DNA of 64,000 nt from Vicugna vicugna (lineage: Eukaryota). The translations under genes were made by a program, and so were the position numbers. Below the pieces are notes generated by a model. That model did not search any database and had not been told where the DNA came from. It worked only from the letters and a program-made list of their open reading frames with translations. Location: positions 959,159-1,023,158 of the forward strand of contig MU061579.1 in the NCBI GenBank assembly GCA_013265495.1, read 5' to 3'. Position 1 is the first letter of the stretch, and every line of letters starts with the position of its first letter. Below are positions 52,360-64,000 of the stretch, piece by piece.

Positions 52360-55090
52360 AAAGTCAAATCCGTAAGCATAACTAAACTTTGTCATCCTGA
52401 GAAATCTAAAATAAATGAGCCAACAGTGATTCACCCAGTGTTACCTGAGGGGTATTATAATAATAAATGAGAGAGAGAGAGAGACTACTCTGTTTCTACT
52501 TGTCAGATCTCTTCCTTGACCACCAAATCCTTACAATAAATTTTATTATTGTTTAAGGTAGTCAGTTTTCTTGGTTAGTTAGTTTTTCTGTGACTTGCCA
52601 CCAAACAAGCCTAACTTTTATACGTTATTAAGTTTGACAAAAAGTGAACAGACAAGTTACTAGAATGTATGAAATAACTTTCTAAAACAATCCATTTCTT
52701 ACAAGGACTACATTGAAGTGAAAAAAGAAAACAAACAAACAAAAAACAAAGTCTTGAGATTCTAAACTGAATTCTAAAACTAAAATATGAATATGAATTA
52801 AAAGTTGTTTCTATACATTATAATACAAAATCACAGTGCTTGAGCTATTATGTACTTCATATGCTAGATTTAACTTAAAGAAATCAAGATATGTCTAGAG
52901 GAGAATGCAAGGCATGGAAGAATTCTTTAATTTTATAATTATAGTGATTTAAATGTTCATGAATTAACTCCATACCTAATTCTTACATTAAAAATATGCT
53001 AAAATGAATTTGCATCTGAGTTATTTTAAATGATTAATATATGCAAAAATCTGCATTTAACTTAAATACTATACTTATGTTTTTTACATTTGTGTTGCTT
53101 TTGTACAAGGAGGATGATCATTTATTGATTTTGTTCAACAGACTGATGTATGTTTTAAATGTTCTGTCTTCTTTCAAACACTTTATAGTTCTTCAAAAAT
53201 GTTAACACTAGAAAAGTACAAGTCAAGACACTTTCTCTTGGATCTCAGCTTTCTTATAGGCAAAATGTGAAACTGTATGAAATTTTAATAAAATACATAA
53301 CAGTTTTTAAATTAAATTTGAATCATTATGTGATATATTCTAAATACATGAATATGTATACATGCATCGATAAACTTTTGCAAGATGAAAAGACCCAACA
53401 TTTTAGTGAGCAGGGAGTAAATAAAAGTTTGAGTGAGCAAAGAAACAAAAACAGTATAATCTTTTCAGTAAGTCTGTTCATATTGATTAATAGAACAATT
53501 GCCTTGTGGATACTATTTCTATATAACAAAGAAGGGACTCTAGGCTTAAACAGGGCATAAAGCACAGAAAAGCATGTGGTACTGTCTATGCTTATGATTG
53601 AAAAGAGCAGCTATTGCTCCCTTTGCTAAAAACGTTTGAGTGCAGAAAGGCTGATCATGAAAGACACTGAGTTTGCAAATGTTCTTCCCAGAGCCAGGGG
53701 AGCATTTCAAAGTACTGCTTAGAAGGAAGACAGAAACATGATCAGAATCCCCGAAATCCCAGAGACAATTCTATCAGTATTTTCATGGGCTTCCGTAATG
53801 GGGTATCACATTTCCAGCAAAGTGCTGAACTTTCCTGCTGCTGTCAGGCATTTAGTGTCTTTCCAGTGGTAGTTTGAAAAAAATCAGCATTTCTACTCCA
53901 ACTTTTGGAAGTCCTTTTGAAAGGGGCAAATTAAATAAAGAACGTACTGTGAATACTGAGACGGGGAGATTTTTCCAAACGTTTTATTTTAGAATAACAG
54001 AGCAGACAATGGAATGATGGCTGTATAAGATTATTTTTTAAATCTTCATGTGCACTTTTTTGTTTCATACATGCCAGATTTTCTCATATTTTTCTTTGTC
54101 TAGCTTAAAATATTTAGAACAGGAGATAGCAATTTCCCTTCAGAATTCTGAGTGTGAGATTTTAGAGCTAAATTGAAGTCTCCATAAAAATGGAAGAAGC
54201 AAAGTTATTTAAAAGAGAAGACCACAGAGGCAAAAGGGAAACAATGCATATATTTTTCATCTGTTAGGAAATAATAAAGCAAGCACTGGCTTGTGTAGGA
54301 GCTGAAAAATAATTTTTCTATCTAAATAATTTCACAGCATACATTAGCCATTCCTTCCAGACATAAGCGTGATGATTTTCCCTAATACTGTTAATAGAAT
54401 GGAATTGATACATGCGAACAAACTGAGATTGGCAGAGGGCAATCTTGGATATATTTGGGATACATTTCCCTAAAGATAATATGACATATAACCATTAAAT
54501 ATATATTTGTAGTGGGGTAGGCTGTTCCTTCTGAGTTTGTTATGGACATTTTTCATTATTTCTGGGTAATGTCTTTTTTCTCACTGATTTCTCTCCCTAA
54601 AGAAAACTTAAGGTTAATAGTTTGTCATGAGCTTTTGCTAATACTGTATGTTCCAGCATGTCTCCAAAGAAACGTGAGATAATTTACTTGAATAAGGGAA
54701 AAAATAAATTCTTAGTTCCACCTGAATCTAAACATTAGTTAAGTTTTTACGAAGATAAAATTTTGTATATTCCAAATATACTTAAAGAAATTTTCATAAA
54801 ATAAGAGAGAATGGCATCCCAGGATACGCAAGAAGAATGATCTCTATGTCTCAGTCACATTGTGGGAAAGTCTGTGTAAACGATCATTTTTTTGTTGTTG
54901 TTGTTGCATTAATAGTCCAATATTCATGAATTTTTTTTCTTATTTGACTATAATAAACTCCTTTGAGTTGATAATGTTAATTTTTGTTATAACTTGCAGG
55001 GCACTACCTTGATTATACAAGTCATCATTAATATAAATTAAGTAATTGGCTAAAGATCACATTTTCCAAGTGACTGAATATATTATTCTT

Positions 55091-55225
55091 GTATTGTTTG
55101 TTTTATGAAGGGAAGGTAATTAGGCTCATTCATTTATTTCTGCTTGGAGGAGGTCCTGGGGATTGAACCCAGGACCTTTTGCGTGCTGAGCATGTGATCT
55201 ACCACTTGAGTTATACTGCTCCCCC
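55091..55225 (-). mobile_element. tRNA-derived SINE, Vic-1-like (camelid), with 16-bp TSD
   Basis: Minus strand GGGGAGCAGTATAACTCAAGTGGTAGA...GGTCCTGGGTTCAATCCCCAG (A and B boxes), tail CCTAATTACC; TSD tgaat(a/g)tattattctt at 55075-55090 and 55226-55241. Confidence 0.9.
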
Positions 55226-55259
55226 TGAATGTATTATTCTTCCCTCTGTCTCTCCCGTG

Positions 55260-55780
55260 CAAATATCTGACCTATATAGTCAAATAATTTCAGCTCTTTT
55301 TATCTTTTTAATATATCCAGAATTTATCATTTCTCACTACCTTCACTGCTACCACCTGGGTCTAAGTACCAAACTACCCAGTACTTTTTTCAAAAGCCTC
55401 CTGACTGATTTCCCAACAGTCTATTTCTAACATGGTAGCCAGTATGGTCCTCTTAAAATATTTTAGACCATATTATTTCTCTGTTCCAAGGCAACAGTGA
55501 TTCTTTTCTGAACATTCTAAACAAAATGGCGTTACTAACTCCACACTCAATCTCTAAACCCTTTTTAGACACTTTAATCGTCTCAGAAACACTCATAACC
55601 ATGTGACATCCAACATTCTTGGGTATTTATTTGTTTACTATTTGTCTTCCCCATACTGTGTATAATGAAAGGGAGTAAAGTCAGGGACTTTATTTTCCTC
55701 ACAATGATATCTCCAGTGCCTAAAAACTTGCTGGTTCACTATAAGCGCTGAATAAATATGCATTGAATAAGTGAATGAAA
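55260..55780 (+). mobile_element. L2 3' region
   Basis: tttctcactaccttcactgctaccacc...agcctcctgactg...cagggacttt...atctccagtgcctaaaa...aataaatatgcattgaataagtgaatgaa. Confidence 0.8.
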
Positions 55781-56064
55781 TTAAGTACATACCAAGATTC
55801 ATGATTGCAACAAAAATAAAATTAGCCTGATAATTGTACATTAATTTAAAAAGGTAATCTCCTTTAATGTAGATTCATTTTATCACTGGAAGGCAAACAA
55901 TTATGGTCAGGAAGGTCCCTTTGACACTGAAAATTGAGCGTTTTTCCCTTAGAGGCTTTTATCTCTTCAATATTGGAGAACATATTGGACACTGATAAAC
56001 TAAAAGGTCAAACTTTGCAAACTATATCTATGAATTCTACCTAGAGATTAGAATAATCAAACCA

Positions 56065-57095
56065 GTGCTGAGGGGAAACACCAACTGGGCACCAGCAAAT
56101 CTACTGCTTCTGCAATGAATGATAACTGTCAAACAATATAAATTGCCTGGTTTTTGGGGGGATCATAAGGAGACAGCAGAAACTGTCTAAGAATTGCATC
56201 AAGTATAGGGTGTTGTACACCCTGCCCATAGTGTTTCCAACAGCCTGGTACCACCGGTAAAAAAGCCAGTGACTCCTGGTGGACAATTATAGACTACTGA
56301 GAACTGAACAAAGGCGTGTCCTCCCAACCATATGGCTGTGCTGAGCATTGCCACCATCTTTGATTCCTTGGCCATGGTCCTAGGAGCGTACCATGATGTA
56401 CTGAACTTAGAAAACACTTTTTTTCAGTATACCATTCGCTGCTGAGTGTGATCAATTTGCCTTCACGTGGGAGGGATAACCATGGACCTTCCAAGTGCTT
56501 CCCCAAGGCTACCTGCACAGCCCCACCGTATGTCATGGGATCGTAGCCTGAGAGATGTCCCTATTCTCTTTCCCCACATCAGTAAAATGGGCCCATGATA
56601 CTGATGATACAATAATGTTCATAATAGAAGACTTGCCTCTGCTGCAGAACACTGTGTAGACTTTGCTGGAACATCTGTGAGGAAGAGGAAGAAAGGGAGG
56701 CCCACAGAAAATTCGAGGCCCAGGTACTGCCATAAAGTTTTTTTGCATGATTTGGTCAAGTAAGTCATGTGTTGTCCCAAAAGCTGTGACTGATAAGATG
56801 ATAGCCTATATTAGCCTCTAAAACCATGAAAGAGATTCAAGCCTTTGTATAGTTTTGGGGGCTTTGGAGAACTTTTGTTCTCCACCTGGCACAGTGCCTC
56901 TGTCCTTTATGCTCTTGGTAAAGAAAGGGCACATGTGGGACTGGCTATCAGAGCAGCAAGCTGCCTTTGAGAGGGCAGAAATACTAGTGAGACCGAGCAA
57001 AGCTCTGAGCATCTTTCAAGCAGGACTACCATTTGAGTTAGATCTATCTGTGACTTAGGAAGGTATGGATGGGGCATTGTGGCAGAGACAAAAAG
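56065..57095 (+). pseudogene. pol: Reverse transcriptase domain, class III-type, disabled
   Basis: IDY*ELNK...FFSIP...DQFAFTWEG*PWTFQVLPQGYLHSPTVCH (LPQG at 56498-56509); HDTDD at the YxDD position (56594-56608); thumb LVKKGHMWDWLSEQQAAFERA...PFELDLSV. Confidence 0.9.
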
Positions 57096-57169
57096 CGTAT
57101 ATACCCCGATAAAGGTCCTAGCAGTGTAGCCGGTCCTCCCTCAGGTAGTGCCTCTCACAAAGAAACAGC

Positions 57170-57690
57170 ATATCATACTGCTAACCTCCCTCTCCTCGGG
57201 GCCAGATGGACATGTTCTGTTTCTCACTGGTCCAATCATTTGACCTCCGTGTTTTCCCCTGCATTGGCCTGGAGGATGTTGTAGCACACACAAAAGCCCT
57301 TACTAACTTCACCCAGCAAGACTTAAATGATAGAGGGTAAGGCCTATCTTTACTGGACTCTGAAACATCTCTATTGAGAAAAACTCTCCTTTGAAATAGG
57401 ATAGGCTTGAGCATTATTATTTCTTCAAAAGGAGACACTTGCACCATTATCCAAGCAGAATGTTGTATGTTCATACCTGATGAGTCTGTTAATGTATCAT
57501 CTTTGTTCAATCAAATAAGGACACAACTGAATACTTTGAGTGATCAGACTCCAATCCTAGGGGACTTATTAAATCAGTGACTTGGATAATGGGGCTTTTT
57601 TGGTGAAAAAGGTGTTACTAATTTTGGGAATCACTATCTTAATCTGTGTTTCTCTTACATGTGCCTAATGATTGCTGTGGTGTCTGCCTC
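57170..57690 (+). pseudogene. env: Envelope SU/TM junction and gamma-type TM subunit, disabled
   Basis: ALTNFTQQDLND...LL*NRIGLSIIISSKGDTCTIIQAECCMFIPD (ISD-like segment plus CX6CC at 57440-57466), then hydrophobic anchor VLLILGITILICVSL. Confidence 0.88.
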
Positions 57691-57766
57691 TTCTTTGCCG
57701 ACAACTCAGGTCACATTGCAGAAGAGGGGATGCATGTCAGATTAAGAACAATCATGATGGATGGGG

Positions 57767-58140
57767 TGTCGGGAGAAGTTATCCAGGGACATGACTTCTG
57801 ATTGACCCCCTTGAGCTGCATCTGGGCAATTGGATGCTCCTCCCTCACCCCATTCCTGAAATGTATATTCTGCCCACCGTTCCCATAGTGAAAGCCATTT
57901 TCAAGCATGCAGCCATGAGAGAGCAACGTGCTGTTGAGACCATGTGGATGGTATACATACATGACTGGACCCAGTTAAGGCTTCTATATCAACTTTTAAG
58001 ATTCTAGCAGGTGGGTGAAGAAATCTACTCACTTTGTAAGTTCCTTTGCTTATTGATCCTGTCACCTACCAACCTGGAGCGGCCAGGCTCTTTCTTCAGT
58101 CTCTTCTTGCCTTTTGTGTATGAGGGCCAGTTTGCCAACA
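57767..58140 (+). mobile_element. 3' LTR of the class III ERV
   Basis: TGTCGG...CCAACA termini (imperfect inverted repeat), preceded by ggatgggg. Confidence 0.85.
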
Positions 58141-58954
58141 AACTGTATACATGTATATACTCAAATAAATTGTCTTTTTACTAATTAACTCTAGGGCCAC
58201 AAGAAATTATGCTTTTAAAAAATTATCCCAGTATGTATAGGGTTACTATTATTTTTCCTAACTGGCCTCATTTTCATAAAGTTTTGCTATTCATCCAAAG
58301 CTGGGCTTTTTGTATCATATTTTGTTTCTTGAAGTATGGTCGTTTTCTGTGGAGGAAATAATACATCAAACATACAGAGTGTGCATCTTTGTCAGGGAGG
58401 GGTGGAGAGGAATGTGAGATGTGAATTCTATTCTGCCCACAGCCTTTGTCAGCCAGCAGCAAGGAAAAACAATGGTTATAAAAATCTACTGCTCTAGAGG
58501 TAAAGAAATAGGCAGCAGGTACAGTCGCTTTAAAAAGACAGTGATAGCAATTTTTGTTACTGTTTGAAGCTGTGTTTTTCTGCCAAAACAAACATGACTG
58601 TGTTGTGTCTCACCATTTCTCTTTCTGTATCTCTTAGTGAGGAGAAAGGGAAATTCTCACTTTATTGATGAGTTAAATCATAATTTTCAGAGGCAAAGAG
58701 AGGGAGGGAAATGTTCTCAAGTGTTTTCATGGATGTTACTCAGTATTTTATTTTGCTGTTGGAAAGTTGATGCACAGGGTTATTATTATTTTTCTCTTGA
58801 CTAACAATGCTATCTCTAATTTGCCAGTTTCTAAATTACAAATCAGCAATTTCACTGGCCGTAATTTACCACATTTACCACATTTTTTTCACCAGATAGG
58901 TATGTATCAACATCAAATCTCCTAAAATTTGGCAGAGAGAGAGTGGATGTGATT

Positions 58955-59006
58955 TGTGTGTGTGTGTGTATGTGAGCGTGAGTGTGAGAGAGAGCGAGAG
59001 AGAGCG
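58955..59006. repeat. Compound (TG)n/(GA)n microsatellite
   Basis: tgtgtgtgtgtgtgtatgtgagcgtgagtgtgagagagagcgagagagagc seen directly. Confidence 0.85.
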
Positions 59007-59277
59007 CTGTTTTAAAATTTAGATAATGGTTTAACTCTCTGACCAATAATTCAGAACAAAGCATCATCAATTTAAGGATGCTTACCCTTAAAGGTTTTTG
59101 TGTCGGTTATTTAAGGTTCATTGAGTGTTAACGAGTCTTTCGGCAAAGCAAAAAGCAGAAAATGGAGTCTACCTTTAATAAGCACTTTCAGGGCGATTTC
59201 TAAGCAAAAAAAAAATCAACTGCAAAAAAGTGAGACTTCAAATGGGAATTACATTTAATGACTATTGTTTTAGCACC

Positions 59278-59978
59278 GTGTTAGTTTCCTATTGCTGCTA
59301 TAAAATTACTCCAAGTTAAGTGGTTTAAAATAATGCAAACTCATTAACTTATAGTTCTAGACATCTAAAGTACAAAATAGATTTCTCTGGGATAAAAGCA
59401 AGGTGTCTGCAATGCTCAGTTCCTTTTTGGAAGTTCTAGGGAAGAATCTCCTTTATTGCTTTTTCCAGCTTCTAAAGGCTGACAGAATTCAATAGCTCGT
59501 GGTCCCCTTCCATCTTCAAAGGCAGCAACGGGGCAGTAGGTAGATGAGTCGGTTCCACAACTCTAGGGTAGCAGAATATGCCACCCCAGAATATCCCTCT
59601 TTGGTTATTTTGAGATTATTTTGAGCTGATTATTTTTGAGAAACTACAGACATAGGAGAAGTTCTTTCTTAATCTGTCTTTTATTATAGGGTGGCTCAGC
59701 CAAACCTCAGAGAGTAGAGGAAAAAATATTTTTCTCCCTAAACATCACGTCACTCTGATAGTGACACTTGTGCTTCCCTTTTCTACATTTAAGAATCTTT
59801 ATGATTATTTTGGGCCCACTGAATAATACAGGATAATCTCTCTATTTTAAGATCTGCTGACTAGCGACCTTAATTACATCTGCAAACTTAGTTCCTTTGT
59901 ACATGTAACGTAACATATTCATAGGTTCAAAAGATTAGGACGTGCATATCTTAAGGAGTCATTATTCTTTACACTATA
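59278..59978 (-). mobile_element. MaLR LTR (MLT1D-like), interrupted by an ERV1 LTR
   Basis: tgttagtttcctattgctgcta...cttatagttctag...ttctagggaagaatc...ttttccagcttcta...gggcccac...ggataatctc...acatattcataggtt. Confidence 0.85.
59562..59742 (+). mobile_element. Internally deleted ERV1 solo LTR (MER34A1-like)
   Basis: 5' end agaatatgccaccccagaatat...gattattttgagctga joined to 3' end gagtagaggaaaaaatatttttctcccta; candidate 4-bp TSD caac/catc. Confidence 0.75.
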
Positions 59979-60879
59979 AGCACACACTGTATCCTTTATT
60001 GTGTGCCAAGTCTTCTGTGAAGTTGAGGGAAGGCAGATAAAATCAGAAATGGTCATATATGTTTATAATAAAGTATATTCATTAACAAATTAGATTCATT
60101 AGCGTTATTACTAAAATACTATGTGACAAAGTAGGGAATTACTTCCAGTAGCTCAGGGAAACCTGCAAGATGGAAATGCTCTTATTTTTGACTCTCACTT
60201 TATAGATTTTTTTTTTTAGAGTAGAAATGCCTTGACTACTAGATGCCACTGACTGAGAGGAGTTAACTTCAATGATGTATCAATCTAATTTTCATTAGGA
60301 CTTTTTATAATTTTTATCCCACTGACAATATAGAAGAATAAAAATAATTTTGATCTGAAAATCATCAATGGCTTTGGAAATTCTGAAAAAAATGCTATTT
60401 TAATTATTTCTTGACAGTTAATCATAAGTTCCAAGAGTATCTATGAAATGCCAAGTTGTTTCCATGAGGTATGAATCAGTCTAACTTCATTTTGGAAGAA
60501 ATGTTTATCGAAAGTCTTGAACAATTATTGCATACTAGGTGCGGGATAAACAAAGATGAAAAAGACACTGACCATTTCTGTGAAATGCACCATCATACTA
60601 GAAATACACTCAGAGTATTAGGGAGATAAGGAAAGGACATTTAAACAGCTTCAGAGTCAAACATCTTGTAGGAGGTGATAATTTGATTTTTAGAAAGGAG
60701 TAAGATTAATTTATGAGCGCATACAAGAAGAAAGAGTAAAATGTATTTAGAGTTTCATTATTCTTTGCATCTGCTCCAGACAATGTGACAAGTTCTTAGA
60801 CTCAAAGGAATCACTATTTTTCAAATCCTAACAAGATGAAACATAAGAGTAATTGTAAAAAAAAAATACAATTAGTTCG

Positions 60880-62325
60880 TGAGGAAGGGTAAGATAGAGT
60901 CTGCAGTACTAGATTAGAGTCAGAGTATCAAAAAGGAATAAGACACTTTTACTTTATATACAGATAGATATATACACACACACATACACATATGTATGTA
61001 TTTTTTTATATGGCTTACTATACATACATATATTTCAAACTATGTTGAGAGAGCCTAGAAGCAGTGACACTCCAGTAACAATGAGCACTACATCATAGTT
61101 TACAAACACCTTCTTTCTATAATATAAACCAAGTTTTCCTGAAGTGATGGCTGATTCTAGGGCTGGGGCAGGGATTATATAAGATAAGCCCAGTACACTA
61201 TGTAGTTTCGGAAAGTGAGAAAGTGCTTATAAAAAAGATGACATATGTCAAAAAGATATTGGAGCCAACAATTCAACAGTTCCAATAGCCCAAGCTAGAA
61301 CAATTTGAGCAACAAAATAATGATGAGAGTAGTAGATTATCACCCAGATCATAAACAGAAATATACATGAATCCACATTGATATGAATAAATTATTGAAT
61401 AAATCAAAGGATAAGAAGCAATAGACTTTTTAACAGAATTCCACATAAATGTAGAAAGGATGAGGAAAAGAGAATATTAACATTAGAATATTATAGCAAT
61501 AATTGCTATAAGTAAGTCCCTAGATGAATGCTAAAATTATTGTGCAAAATTTAAAGCAGAAACAATATATTCTGCAAAGTGTCAAAGTAATTTCCCCAAA
61601 TATTAATTAATAGATCTGGCAGTTTTATTATATATCTATAAATTATTTGATACTTTTCTTTCCATGAGGTGTTTTACTTCCCTTTCCTTGAGAGTAGGCT
61701 AGATATAGTGACTGCTTCTAAGGAATAGAATATGAAAAAGAAAAAAAAATACTCATTTTATAGTTGAGAAATCTAGTGGACACCACCTTAACCAAGAAAT
61801 TAAGATTAAAATCAACAATTGTAAGTCATGCCAGTATCATATTCTACCTGATATTATGTGATAACAATGTCTTTTTACCTCAGCTGTATTATACCCCCAA
61901 AATGTATAACCCGAATCTAATCATAAGAAAACATTAGACCAACCTAAATCAAGGGATATTCAACAAAATACTTTGCCAGAACTCATCAAAACTGTCAAGG
62001 TCATGAAAAGGAAGGGAATGCTGATATTCTGTCATAGACAGGATACTAAGGAGATATGATGACCAAATACATGATGGTACTCTAGAATGGATCCTTTACC
62101 AGTAAAAGATCATTAGTGGGAAAATATAATAAAATCTGAGTAAAGTATTATAAGTGCTAATATAATGTGAATAAAGTCTAACAAGTGGTGATGTATTAGT
62201 TTTTAAGTATGTACCATCATTACAGAAAATGTTAGTATTAGGGGATGCATGAAAGTTCATGGGGACTCATTAAATCATCTTGATAGTATTTAGTAAATCT
62301 AAAATGATTTCAAAATAGTTTTTAG
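60880..62325 (+). mobile_element. Old L1 3' UTR (L1MD-like)
   Basis: gagagcctagaagcagtgacactccagta...atggctgattctagggctggggcagg...gacaccaccttaaccaag...ctcatcaaaactgtcaaggtcatgaaaa...gtaaatctaaaa. Confidence 0.85.
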
Positions 62326-62573
62326 AAGTTGACAACTTGTCAGAGAATTTAATAGAAAGACTGTCAGAACTTTGCTTTCATTTCAGGTCTTTCTCAAACA
62401 AGCTGTGTTTCTTCTCTGGTTCTCAGCCTTCTGATTTGTAAAATGCAGAGGTAAAACAAGGTAATGTGCCTGCAATGCCATCTTCAGTGTTCTGTTATAT
62501 GTAAGACTCAAAATATGCTGAGCTATAATCTTGAATTTTTGTTAAGTGGATTGGCAAAAGCAGACATTGATAT

Positions 62574-63028
62574 TGTTATGGAAATGACAGGCCAGTCAAG
62601 AAACAAGCACCACTCGGAGGGTTGGAGTACTCAGATGTATTATGCCCGCGGGCTCAGAGGGGCTTCTGCTCCGAAGCTCTGAGCACCTCCAAGACGTGCG
62701 CATGAGGTTTTATAGAGTAAAGTACAAGCTTGGGGTATTCGGCCAATGGGCATGGAACAGCTTTAGCCGCATTATCATCACAAAAGTGGAGGTGGGGAGG
62801 CAGCAAACCAACATTCCAAAGCCAGATATGTATCTTTGAAAATCCAGCTGGGTAGCAAAAAAACACAAACAGCAAACCAACACTAATTAAATTTACAAGT
62901 TAGCAGAACTCAGATCAGTATTCCAATGCTTAGACTTGTGAGTTATCTTGTTAGCCCAGCCCAGCCTCTCCTTCACATTCCTAGACCTGTGAGTTATCTT
63001 GTTAGACCAGCCCAGCTTTTCCTTCACA
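62574..63028 (-). mobile_element. Young ERV solo LTR with perfect 4-bp TSD
   Basis: TG...CA termini; ATAT at 62570-62573 and 63029-63032; TATAAAA on minus at ~62707-62713; several intact CpGs; 51-bp tandem duplication in U3. Confidence 0.9.
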
Positions 63029-63035
63029 ATATTAG

Positions 63036-63330
63036 TGGGGCAGGCACCCTGCAAAATGGGCCCCAAAGATCTTCACCTGCTGGTATCCCTTCCACATTGT
63101 GGTACCCTTTGCTTGCCTGTGGGCTGGGTTTGGTGACTCGCTACTAATAAATAAAACATAAAAGAAGTGATAGCGTATTATTTATTCGATTAGCTTATAA
63201 AACATGGCAATTTTTATCTCGGGCCCTCCCTGTCTTTTACGTTTTCCCTTTCTCTCTAACTAGCCCTGAAAGGATCCAGACATCATGCTGTGAGACAGCC
63301 ATGTGGACAGTTCCAAGTGATGAGAAAGTG
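63036..63330 (+). mobile_element. MaLR LTR 5' part (MLT1F-like)
   Basis: gtggggcaggca...aaatgggcccca...cacctgctggtat...tgtgggctgg...tggtgactcgct...catgctgtgag. Confidence 0.7.
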
Positions 63331-63909
63331 CATGACTGACCACCTGGCATACTGATCTTCATTTCAGTGAGTGTTTATCTATTGTGTCCATTCTGCCTAA
63401 CGATATAATTAGTGAAGAAAATCAAATAGCATATGGTAAGACACCTTATTCTAAATACGCATCTTTTAGGGACTATGACTGCCCTTTAGCTTCTGATTTC
63501 AATATTTATTGGAATAGGGTAAGGCCCTAGCTATTTTCATGGTGGTCATTGTTTCTTTCACATGGTGTTTTATTTCTACAAGCAGATTCACTCCCATTTT
63601 TTTCTATCCTTGGCTGCTGAACAACTTCTTTTGAGAGTTTCTCCAATCATTCTTAAGTCTCATCTTACGTCATTTTGCATTCCTTGCTTTAATCTTATAT
63701 CAATTTCATTCTTTCTCGTCTTCCTACCTACAAATGTTTTTGGTCCAACTATTAGAAGTTAAAATATGGTTAAAATGGAACATTAGTATTATCTAATGGG
63801 ATATTTCTTACTTTTTTTTTTAAGAGCATATGCATCTATTTTCATTACACTGGATCAGTTTAAAAATTTATCTTTAGATTTATTCTAATGGTATAGAATA
63901 TAATACTAG

Positions 63910-64000
63910 TGTTGGCTGAAATAAATCCACAGCCTAAAAGTTGAGAGTTATGTTTTATTTGGCGGATATTTCTGAGGACTCGAACCCCTTCGAGCCCAGG
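63910..64000 (-). mobile_element. ERV LTR end (U5/R), truncated by the window
   Basis: tgttggctgaa...aagttgagagttatgttttatttggcgga...tctgaggact; AATAAA on minus; CpGs retained. Confidence 0.7.

Larger units (their letters stand above)
56065..58140 (+). mobile_element. Deleted class III ERV (HERV-S/MER74-group-like): RT, env TM, 3' LTR
   Basis: RT and env peptides listed separately; purine-rich tract then TG...CA LTR. Confidence 0.85.

Noticed and set aside
55145..55225. tRNA gene
   Set aside because: Followed by a SINE tail and flanked by a TSD; the cloverleaf is degenerate. It is a SINE head.
57170..57690. Domesticated syncytin-like env gene
   Set aside because: Multiple in-frame stops including one in the ISD, a frameshift near the fusion peptide, a mutated furin site, and most of SU absent.
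27090..58140. LTR at 27090-27330 as the 5' LTR of the provirus ending at 58140
   Set aside because: 30 kb of unrelated, older repeats (MIR, L2) lie between them, the two copies are clearly diverged, and no PBS or gag follows the first. They are independent insertions.
61617..61760. Separate MLT1 insertion inside the L1
   Set aside because: As I recall, L1MD 3' UTR consensus sequences include this MaLR-like segment, and the L1 continues collinearly.
853..63762. The short six-frame ORFs as host genes
   Set aside because: All are 121 aa or less, many start at non-ATG codons, most have low-complexity AT-driven composition or lie inside repeats. Only the retroviral and L1 fragments resemble known proteins.

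Overview
AT-rich, CpG-depleted eutherian genomic DNA, most likely camelid: it has a Vic-1-like tRNA-derived SINE at 55091-55225 and laurasiatherian/artiodactyl-type L1 3' ends. It reads as intergenic or deep intronic sequence. I found no recognisable host protein-coding exon, RNA gene or CpG-island promoter, and the listed short ORFs are chance ORFs or decayed retroelement fragments. Much of the window is interspersed repeat: MIR, L2, L1, MaLR (MLT1) and MLT2 LTRs, MER5/MER58 DNA transposon relics, and three decayed endogenous retrovirus bodies. These are (1) a minus-strand ERV1-type provirus (LTR, tRNA-Leu PBS, gag, RNase H) whose gag-to-pol deletion is bridged exactly by an L1 copy; (2) an ERVL RNase H/integrase fragment; and (3) a class III-type RT joined to a gamma-type env TM and a complete 3' LTR. 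There is also a young solo LTR with a perfect TSD and a ~50-bp L1 insertion with a 17-bp TSD. I cannot support a new biological system from this sequence. The best leads are the retroelement architectures, an unexplained CpG-retaining segment at ~12.8-13.0 kb, and a few microexon or recursive-splice-like signals that may be chance. Subfamily names come from remembered consensus sequences and need RepeatMasker/Dfam confirmation. Boundaries of old repeats are approximate.
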